Below are positions 53,598 to 64,000 of a DNA stretch of 64,000 nt, one piece after another. The position numbers were made by a program, and so were the translations under genes. The notes below the pieces were generated by a model, which ran no database searches, was not told the DNA's origin, and worked only from the letters and a program-made list of their open reading frames with translations. The first letter of the stretch is position 1. Every line of letters starts with the position of its first letter. Source of the DNA: Eledone cirrhosa (lineage: Eukaryota); NCBI GenBank assembly GCA_964016885.1, contig OZ024751.1, positions 29,822,001-29,886,000 on the forward strand, read 5' to 3'.

Positions 53598-54560
53598 TAC
53601 ACATATATATATATACACATTATATATATATATATATACACATATATATATACATACATATATATATATACACATTATATATATATATATATATGTATAC
53701 ACACACGTGTGTGTGTATACATATATATACACACCCATATATACACACCATGAGAAACAATGACTAAGGAGGAGGCTATTGTCCTGTCCGCTAGGTTTAT
53801 GACCGACGCCATGTAAAACCTCTCAGCAGATATTTTCTTATTGTCTTTAGTTTTATTGTTCTTTTCTTTTTATTTTTCACGCTTGGCTTGTCTTTGGGAT
53901 GTTAGTGCAGCCACTGCGAAGCACACACCACGCACTAACACGTGCAGCCACGCTGCCTTGCTACCTTCTTCAGTTTCCTCTACTTCTTCTTCGTCTTCTT
54001 CTTCATTTCTCTAATAGACAAAAGAGTTTATCCATGAAAAGTCATGCTTTCTCATTAAGTCAGACCTGGTTTGGACCAGATCAGACCAGATGAGACCAAA
54101 CCAGATGAAACCAGACTGGACTGGACTGGACTGGACAGGCTTATGAACAAAAGAAGAAAAATAAAACAAAAAAATTAATATAAAATAAAATAAAGTATAA
54201 TATATAAAAATAAAGTATCATAAAATAAGATAATGAAAAATGAAAAATAATAATAAAAAAGATTGCCTCTTCTATAGTCAACAGTAAAACTAGTGTAACA
54301 ACAACAACAACAGTAATAACGATGATATCAACACAACTACTGATACCAGAAAGGTTGCTTAGTAGTTGTAGTAGTAGTTGTAGTACAGTTTAGTAGCAGT
54401 CTTAATAACGATATCTAAATACATAAATAAAAGTTGTTATCACCCAGCTACAAAGTTTCTTTTCCGAGTGGTTAAGTAAAGAAATACACTTGTAAATGAG
54501 TAGTTTACCATAATTAAGTGTACATATACATATATATATATATAATATATATATATATAA

Positions 54561-54947
54561 GAGGCACATGGCTTAGTGGTTAGAGCATTGGCCTTGCAAT
54601 CGAAAGGTTGTGAGTTCAATTCTCAGACCAGGTGATGTGTTGTTTCCTTGAACAAGACACTTTATTTCACATTGCTCCAGTTTACTCAGCTGTAGAAATG
54701 AGATGATAGGGACCGGGGTTCCTATCATTCTACTGCAAAGTGGACGTGGAGGTACCACGGCAAAAAAGCACCCAGCACTCACTGTAAAAGAGGTTGGTGT
54801 TAGGAAGGGCATCCAGCTGTAGAAATCAAACCAGAATCAGTTCCCGTATGAGCAAGACAATGTCAGCCGACCGGGCACTGCCCACAACAGGACAACTCTT
54901 CTAACCCATGCTAGCGTGGAAGAACGGATGTAAAACAGTGATGATGA
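54561..54947 (+). mobile_element. SINE family 1, full length (long tail variant)
   Basis: As above but ends CTAACCCATGCTAGCGTGGAAGAACGGATGTAAAACAGTGATG. Confidence 0.9.
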
Positions 54948-55558
54948 TATACACGCACTATATATCAAGCATTAAACTAATTTATTTCTTCTTTGCACTG
55001 TGTTTGCTTTGTTGTTTGTTTACTTGTATATATATAGATATATACACATTCACACTCACAAGAAACACACTTGATCATAGTTTATATAATCAACAATAAA
55101 ATCGTATTGTTATTATTATCATTATTGTTATTATTAACTAGAATGAAATCTGTTGTTTCAAGTGTCATATGATCCTCCCTCCCCACCCACTTATTTATTT
55201 ATTTACCTTCATTCTATAATATATATTATTATTATTATATATATTATTATTAATATATATTATTATTAATAACCTAATATATTTTTGCTGATTATAAAAG
55301 GCATCTTAAAAAAAAACTGCCTTTATATAGAGATGCTTATACACACCTGATTAAAAATAGATTATATATACATTTTAGTTGTTTTCCTATATTTGAAGTA
55401 TATTTTATATGATATATTAACATAGCTTTATGTGTTTCATTGTAAAATAACTTTCTAATAAAGAGAGATGTTGAAATTGTCATCTACATATCAGATAATT
55501 TAATGTATTACTTATTGTCTTACTTATATATATATGTATTTGTGTGTATATATATATG

Positions 55559-55629
<71 letters not shown>

Positions 55630-56279
55630 ATATCTATTTTAACACATTTCCTCTTTAACCTCTCTCGTATTGATTTTTTCGGCACACGGGGAAGGATAGG
55701 GGGTGGGAGGGGGCTGTTCTGTTTCAGTTTAAAATTATTAATTTTAATATTTTACATTTATTAGTAAATGTTTTATTGGATTTTTTGGATTTTTTTGGAT
55801 TTTTTTATTATTTTTTTCTGCTACTTTCAGTTATTAGACTGAGGCCATGCTGGGGCACCATGTTGAATAGATTTTAGTCAATCATATCGACCCCAGTACT
55901 TATTTTCTGGTGATGGTGGGTGCGACAGTGCTGCTTCCGCTTTGAGCAGTGTCATGAAGACACAAGTGTTGACTGACACATACATACACACTGTGTCTTA
56001 TACATCAATGCAGCAATACACCCTTGTGTTGTATACATACAACTGTAGAAAGCTTGCCAAACAGTGTCAGGAGCACCCTTTGGTTGTGTCAAGGACATGA
56101 CACCATCCTTGTGTTGGTGATCTAGAAAATAAATGCAACCAGTGCATACTGTAAAGTGGTTAGTGATAAGAAAGTCATCCAGTCATAAAAAGCTCGGCAA
56201 ACAAGGAGTTCGAAGGACCCTTTAGTTGTAAGATGCAAACCTCCAGCCTATCAGTAGTTCTGGTTTAGTACTGACTAAT

Positions 56280-56470
56280 GGCCAGTAGATTGGCAGTATC
56301 GGTAGAGCGTCAGACGCTTTGCTTTGCAGCAAAGAGTTACGGCCCTTTACGGTCTGAGTTCAAATCCTGCCGAGGTTAACTTTGCCTTTCATCCATTCAG
56401 GGTTGATAAAATAAAGTACCAGTAATGCACTGGGATAATTGCTGGCCTTGTGCCAAAAGTATAAACAATT
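56280..56470 (+). mobile_element. SINE family 2 in the intron upstream of the WDR4 exon
   Basis: Full head, body and tail. Confidence 0.85.
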
Positions 56471-56794
56471 ATTTAGTACAGACAGGAAAGTGGACATTAA
56501 ATGATGATGATGATGATGATGATAACGATGGTGTTATACACACCAGTGTGTTTTATATACTTGGAAATTACAGTATGTCTGTTTTAAACATAGATTCCTT
56601 CTATACAATGCACTTGATGTTATCCTCTGTAAAACCAGCAGTAAAAGCAGTTTTCTTTCATATCTACCATACTTAAATGGAGACGTAAGAATTATTTTTC
56701 TTTCTTATCTTTGTTGCATTTTTTTCCTTAAACACTCTTTTATATATATAAAAAAAAATACAAAATATCCAATTTATTCTTATTTATTCTTCAG

Positions 56795-56951
56795 ATCAGT
56801 CAACCGTCGCAGCACCTCAGTGACTTTCACTGGTGACGATGAGAGCATCATAGTTGCAGACAAGAGCGGAGATGTATATAAGTACTCTGTGACTGAACCC
56901 AACTCTGAAGGTCAACTGTTAATGGGTCATCTTTCAATGTTACTAGATATG
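56795..56951 (+). CDS. WDR4: Internal coding exon of WDR4/Trm82 (non-catalytic WD40 subunit of the tRNA m7G46 methyltransferase)
   Basis: Pyrimidine-rich tract and TTCAG acceptor end at 56794; GTAAGT donor at 56952. The 157-nt exon encodes (R)SVNRRSTSVTFTGDDESIIVADKSGDVYKYSVTEPNSEGQLLMGHLSMLLDM, matching the WDR4 signature ADKSGDVY...GHLSMLLD. Confidence 0.93.
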
Positions 56952-57287
56952 GTAAGTTCAGATTTCTCTTTCTGTTTGTTGTCTATATTACTGCACCAGA
57001 TGTTACTCACAGCCCAGAAGCCATCTCAGTGCAACTATTGTTATTAAGCTGGTGAATTGACAGAATTGTTTGAGTGTCAGACAAAGTATTTTGTAGCATT
57101 TAGTTACTACGACTCGTAATGTTCTGAGTTCAAATCTTGCGTGCCATTTGGAAGAGGTTTGTCACAACAATAACATCGAATTGGCAAGCAGTCACTGAAT
57201 GAAAATTGTTGGTATTGTGCCTAAATTAGAAATTATAATTGTTGTTGCTGTTGTTTGGTTGGACAATGTCTTCAGTTAAATGCAAAG

Positions 57288-57382
<95 letters not shown>

Positions 57383-57559
57383 GTGAAGAACAGACAAACA
57401 AAACTTACCTAACTTTTCTTTGTAGTCCAAGCTTCATTTAATTGATTATTTAATTCATTCATTCATAGAGCAACAATCAGTTAAAGGTGGACATCACTCA
57501 TATATGTGTTTGTGCTTATGTATAAATATGTATGTGTATCCTCTGACTTTATATATATA

Positions 57560-57800
57560 TACTTGGGGAGGGTCATATTGTTGTAATAATATTGCTAGAA
57601 ATAATAACAGCACACACTCAATGTTTGGTTGGTTTTCGCTTCTGTATCTTTTATATCTCCATAGTTAATTTATTTGGCAATCAAAAGGAAGTGTGGTAAG
57701 CAACCAGGTGGACCATAACGCACCAGAGTACTTGATACTTAGGGTAGTAGAGTGGGTAATAGGAAAAGAGTCATGACTGAGCTCCAGCCATTTTAACAGC
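57560..57800. repeat. Dispersed repeat whose parts occur inverted at 11855-11968 and 23510-23590
   Basis: TACTTGGGGAGGGTCATATTG... and GGACCATAACGCACCAGAGTACTTGATACTTAGGGTAGTAGAGTGGGTAATAGGAAAA matches. Confidence 0.75.
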
Positions 57801-58574
57801 TAGATCCGAATTAACCCAGCCTGCAGTAGTATATATATATACATGCATGCCCTCATGCGCTGCAAACAGCGTGTTGAGCCAATGCTTATCCCGGTTTCAT
57901 GGTGTGAAGCGACTGAAAGTACAAGACTCCTCCCTGGACAGGACACCAGTTCATCATAGGGTTAAATCCCTAGCTACAACTGGTCCTCATTTTCAGCTGA
58001 GTATACTGGAGCAACATAAAATGAAGTGTTTTTCTCAAGAACACAACACACAACTCAGTCCAGGAATTGAACCCACAACATTATCCAACACCCTTACCAC
58101 TAGGCCACGAGACTCTTACACAATCTGTGTACCAAGTTTCACTGGTAAGGCATTGCTCAACCCTAGACTATAGTAAAAGACGATTGTCCAATGTTTCACA
58201 TATCAAGTTTGAACCTAGATTCATTTGATTGCAAAGTGAACTCTTTAACAACACAACAATGCCTTACATTTGTTTTGTGGTTTTATCTATTTTTTAATAT
58301 GTTATTTATTTTGTGTGTATTTTTCGCCAACACCAGCAGAATTACCATCTTCTGCACCTTTCTATAGATTTTCTGTCAGTGTTAAATCCATGGCATTGAT
58401 ATTTCGCAGTGGTTTTTACTTTAGCTGATAATGGCAGTCAGCAGTCATGTCATTGGACACACATGGAATTACAATGGACAATATAAATACATGAAAACAT
58501 TACTTCATTAGCAAGAATTTTTATCTACATTTAAGACCTGAACAAACCAAACTTTTTTTCTTTTCTCTAACCTT

Positions 58575-58885
58575 TTCTCTCTCCTCTCCTCTCTTTTTCT
58601 CTCCTCTTCTCTCCCTTTGTTTCCTCTCCTCTTCTCTCCTCTTCTCTTCTCTCCTCTTCTCTTCTCTCCCCTTCTCTCCTCTTCTCTTCTCTCCCCTTCT
58701 CTCCCCTCCTCTTCTCTTCTCTCTCCTTCTCTCCTCTTCTCTCTCCTTCTCTCCTCTTCTCTTCTCTCCTCTTCTCTTCTCTCTCCTTCTCTCCTTTTCT
58801 CTCCTCTCCTCTTTTCTTCTCTCCTCTCCTCTCCTCTTCTCTCCTCTTTTCTTCTCTCCTCTGCTCTCCTCTCCTCTCATTTCTT
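58575..58885. repeat. Polypyrimidine (CTCCT/CTTCT)n tract
   Basis: Seen directly. Confidence 0.92.
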
Positions 58886-59105
58886 CTTTCACTTCTATTC
58901 TTTCTTCTCTTCTATCCTTTATTGTCTTTTTTCTTTTTTCTCTATCTTTGATAATCTTCTCTGTTAGACATTTCTACAACTTTTCTTCACCCTCTCTTGC
59001 ACTCTTGTTTAGGATATCTGTTTCCTGGTATATCTATCTATCTATCTATTTATCTATCTGTCTGTCCATCTACCTGTCTGTCTATTTATCTATCTATCCA
59101 TTTAC

Positions 59106-59159
<54 letters not shown>

Positions 59160-59216
59160 GTATTTATTTATTTATCTAGCTAACTATGTTACTTTATTAC
59201 TTTCAATTATCTTCCC

Positions 59217-59253
<37 letters not shown>

Positions 59254-59318
59254 GATATCACACCTCAACACCCCTCACTTTATTCTTCAAATTCTCTTTC
59301 CCTTCTTTTTTCTCTTTG

Positions 59319-59352
<34 letters not shown>

Positions 59353-60204
59353 TCTCTCTGACACACATCTTCACAAAAATATCCACACACACCTACACAC
59401 ATACATACATCTACACACTCAGAAACACATATATATACCTACACACATATACATCTGCACATAGAGAGGCACACTTACATACATCTACACACACAGACAC
59501 ACACATACATACATCTACACTCACAGAGACACACATACATCTACACTCACAGACACACACATACATACACCTACACACACGGACATACATACATACATCT
59601 ACAAACACTCACACACACACAAACTTACACAGACTAAGAGATACAGACACATACATCTACACACACGTACACACACATACATACACAGACTGAGAGATAC
59701 ACACACATACATCTACACAAACACACACACACACACCTACACACCAACATACACAGACTGGGAGACACACACACATACACCTCCACAAACATACACCTAC
59801 ACACACACACCTACACAAACACACACCTACACACACACACACACACACACACTTACACACACACTTACACACAGGCACCTACACACCTACACTAACAGAC
59901 ATATAGACACACTCACATATACATAAGTTTGGTAAGCTGTTGCAGGAATGAGACCGAAGGCTAGATATATTGGATGTGAAGATTTCCATCCTCAAATGCT
60001 ACTTAACTCTAATCTTCCTGAAGGTCCTCTCAATCCAGTCTTAGAGAGGAATCTTCTTGATTCTTCACCTTCCTCTATTGATCTCACCGATTCCTCAATT
60101 CTGACGCTTTTCTTTTTCTTTTCCTTTTTCTTCTTTTTTTTTCTTTTTTTTTTTACTTTAGAAATTTCTTGACCAAAGATTTGGCAAGAAATCTTGCCTT
60201 CAAT

Positions 60205-60760
60205 ACCACCTACACCACCAACACCACCACTATCACCATCACCACCAGTACCACCACCACCAACACCACCACCACTATCACATCACCATAATCATCACTA
60301 TGACTAACACTACCACCACTAACACCACCACCACCAACACCATCACCACACTCATCAGCACATGTAGCACCAGGACTAACATTACCACCACTACAACTAG
60401 CACCACTACCACTACTACAACTAGCACCACTACCACCACTACCACCACTACAACTAGCACCACCACCACGACCACCACTATAATCATCACAACTAGCAGC
60501 ACCAACAACAACAACAATACCACTATCACTACAATGACAATAATTGCCATAACTACCATTACCATCATGAGAGTTAAACGATGATGATGATGATACCCAA
60601 TATCTCCAAGATAATCATAAACTCCACCACCATCATCACCACCGCCACTACTACTACGACTGCCACCACGATTACCATCACCACAACAACTACCACCACT
60701 ACTACCACAACTGCCACCACCATTATCATCACCATCACCACAACAACCATCACCATCTTA
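60205..60760. repeat. (CAC/CAT/CAA)n degenerate trinucleotide repeat
   Basis: Seen directly; produces the poly-T and poly-V pseudo-ORFs. Confidence 0.9.
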
Positions 60761-61119
60761 AATACTATTAGAACCACAGTTTGGTGCTCAGTACTTTACT
60801 GTCATTCTTGGTGCGTGTTTTTACTCTCTCTCTCTCTCCCTCCCTCTCTCCAAAGAACTTTCCCTGCTAGCACTTTGCATTCTTTCAGTCAGTCACCTTT
60901 AATCTAAACCAATTCTTAAATTCCACCCAACCCTTACCTGCCTTCCTCACTACCCCGTACATGCCTCCCTTCCCACTTCATACCTACCTCCATTCCCTCC
61001 TTCACCACTTTATAATCTTACAGACTCATTTTCTCACCCCTCCCCCACCTCCTCCTCCTCAAACTCCTTTCTCTTTTGGGGTCGGTTTGCTGGATATTCT
61101 CATAAACGTGCACATATAC

Positions 61120-62692
61120 ATACATACGTATATACATACATACATACATTACATACATTTCATACATTACATACATTACATACATACATACATACATTAC
61201 ATACATTACATACATTACATACATTACATACATTACATACATACATTCATACATTCATACATTACATACATTTCATACATTACATACATTACATACATTC
61301 ACACATTACATACATTCATACATTACATACATTCATACATTACATACATTTCATACATTACATACATTACATACATTCACACATTACATACATTCATACA
61401 TTACATACATTCATACATTACATACATTTCATACATTACATACATTACATACATTCACACATTACATACATTCATACATTACATACATTCATACATTACA
61501 TACATTTCATACATTACATACATTACATACATTCACACATTACATACATTCATATATTACATACATACATTACATACATTCATACATTACATACATTCAT
61601 ACATTACATACATTCATACATTACATACATACATTACATACATTACATACATTCATACATTACATACATTCATACATTCATACATTACATACATTACATA
61701 CATTACATACATTCATACATTACATACATTCATACATTACATACATACATTACATACATTACATACATTCATACATTACATACATTCATACATTACATAC
61801 ATTACATACATTACATACATTACATACATTCATACATTACATACATTCATACATTACATACATACATTACATACATTACATACATTCATACATTACATAC
61901 ATTCATACATTACATACATTACATACATTACATACATTACATACATTCATACATTACATACATTCATACATTACATACATTCATACATTACATACATACA
62001 TTACATATATACATACATTACATACATTCATACATTACATACGTTACATACATTCATACATTACATACATTCATACATTACATACGTTACATACATTCAT
62101 ACATTACATACATTCATACATTACATACATTCATACATTACATACGTTACATACATTCATACATTACATACATTCATACATTACATACATTCATACATTA
62201 CATACGTTACATACATTCATACATTACATACATTCATACATTACATACATTCATACATTACATACATTACATACATTACATACATTACATACATTCATAC
62301 ATTACATACATTCATACATTACATACATACATTACATACATTACATACATTCATACATTACATACATTCATACATTACATACATTACATACATTACATAC
62401 ATTACATACATTCATACATTACATACATTCATACATTACATACATTCATACATTACATACATACATTACATATATACATACATTACATACATTCATACAT
62501 TACATACGTTACATACATTCATACATTACATACATTCATACATTACATACATTCATACATTACATACATTACATACATTCATACATTACATACATACATT
62601 ACATACATTACATACATACATTACATACATTACATACATTCATACATTACATACATTACATACATTACATACATTACATACATTACATACAT
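61120..62692. repeat. (CATACATTA / CATACATT)n satellite
   Basis: 8-9 bp units with higher-order structure; explains the 603-aa pseudo-ORF. Confidence 0.95.
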
Positions 62693-62779
62693 GCATCTGT
62701 CTATCTAACTATCTATGGCACTTGCACAACACGCTTCTAAAGTTGAGGGTTGTTCTATCTACGGGGTATTAAACAACCC

Positions 62780-62925
62780 ATTTGTGGCGCCTCCCCCCTA
62801 TTGAGTATTTCGATTGTTGTAATTGTTTGTTTCAATATTTTTACACGACTCTATGCAAAATCCCCGGCACATGTCTTTGTATTGTCCCCTTTTCTTGTGC
62901 GCCCTTGTGGCAAATAAAGAAATAT
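62780..62925 (+). mobile_element. L1/Tx1-like LINE 3' end
   Basis: CCCCCCTATTG...GCCCTTGTGGCAAATAAAGAAAT shared with the 13.2-13.6 kb copies. Confidence 0.5.
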
Positions 62926-62981
62926 ATCTATGTCTCCCTGCCTGTGTCTCCATCTATCTGACTATCTATATATCTTTCAAA

Positions 62982-63091
<110 letters not shown>

Positions 63092-63584
63092 TTATCAAAT
63101 TATCTCTCTGTCTGCGTTTCCGTCTGACTATCTATATACATATATATCTTTCTGTCTGCCTATCTATCTAGATAAAGAGATAGACAGATATATGGATAAA
63201 TAGAAAGCTGATAAATGTATGTATGTACATACATGTGTGTTTGTATCTACATACATACATGTGTTTATGTGTAATGCATATACATGTGTGTGTGTCAGTA
63301 CTTAGTTAATTTACTACAGCGTCCATTACAATTTTCTTATCTAGGAAATATCTTAAAACATTAATGTAGTCTTTACATGTTTTCTATTACGTAACTAGTG
63401 ATAGTAAATATTGTTTGTTTGTTTGTATGTATGTATGTGTGTGTGTATGTGGGTGTTTATATATATATATATATGTATGCATGTGTGCATGTATATATGT
63501 ATATGTGTATGTATGTATGTGTATGCATGTGTGTATATATGTATGTATGTGTCAGTGTATGAATTTAGATATATATATATATAT

Positions 63585-63743
63585 AGTAATAATAATAAAT
63601 CTGAAGACTAAAATCCAAAGAGAGCTCGATAAGGATAAATATATATCAAATATATAAGAACCCTAGAGCAAATATTTATTAAAATAACAGATTAAAGTTT
63701 TAGCAAAGAATCGCTGCTTTCACCCTTAACGGGATCTTCTGAA
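63585..63743. repeat. Dispersed repeat family (probable Penelope-like pLTR); pieces also at 1120-1180, 11385-11670, 15537-15692
   Basis: GACTAAAATCCAAAGA...GATAAGGATAAATATATATCAAATATATAAGAACCCTAGAGC...CACCCTTAACGGGATCTTCTG recurs, often as internally inverted junctions. Confidence 0.7.
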
Positions 63744-63879
63744 ACTATATATATATATAGAATTGGAGAGGGATGAACTCCAATTCTGAACACAGTATAT
63801 TTCTTCTAAAGAAGGATAGAAGTGAGAGAGAAGAAGTGAGAAAAGATATAGAGGAAGACCCAACTCTAGTACTAGACTG

Positions 63880-64000
63880 GGTTTATTTTATCAACCCCGA
63901 AAGTATCAAAGATAAAGTTGACCTCGACAGGATTCAAACTCAGACAGCAGGGAGAGAGAACAAATACCACAAAGTACTCTATCCAATTTTCTAACAATTC
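63880..64000 (-). mobile_element. Degenerate SINE family 2
   Basis: TTTATCAACCCCGAAAG...GGATTCAAACTCAG. Confidence 0.6.

Noticed and set aside
60961-62772. 603-aa ORF
   Set aside because: Translation of a CATACATTA satellite that lacks stop codons; no domain.

Overview
Eukaryotic, very AT-rich, microsatellite-saturated genomic DNA. The SINE, RTE and simple-repeat content is most consistent with an octopus or other coleoid cephalopod (inference). Almost every ORF in the supplied track is a translated (TA)n, (CA)n or (GTT)n artefact. The only host coding sequence I recognise is one internal exon of WDR4/TRM82 (56795-56951, +). The rest is repeats: tRNA-derived SINEs of at least two families, RTE-clade LINE fragments, L1/Tx1-like 3' ends, a Tc1/mariner transposase remnant with matching MITEs, a piggyBac-like TTAA MITE, a non-autonomous Helitron and many minisatellites. 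The most notable signal is a set of type I hammerhead ribozyme motifs (CTGANGA...GAAA...NUH) from several unrelated sequence families. They include a canonical GUC-cleaving motif at 23978-24025, a three-member family with stem II covariation (6719, 48760, 50814), variants with a greatly extended stem II (738, 50584) and degenerate minimal ones. Several sit in inverted-repeat arms, as expected for Penelope-like retroelement pLTR remnants or non-autonomous retrozyme-like elements. All structures were folded by eye and none is tested.
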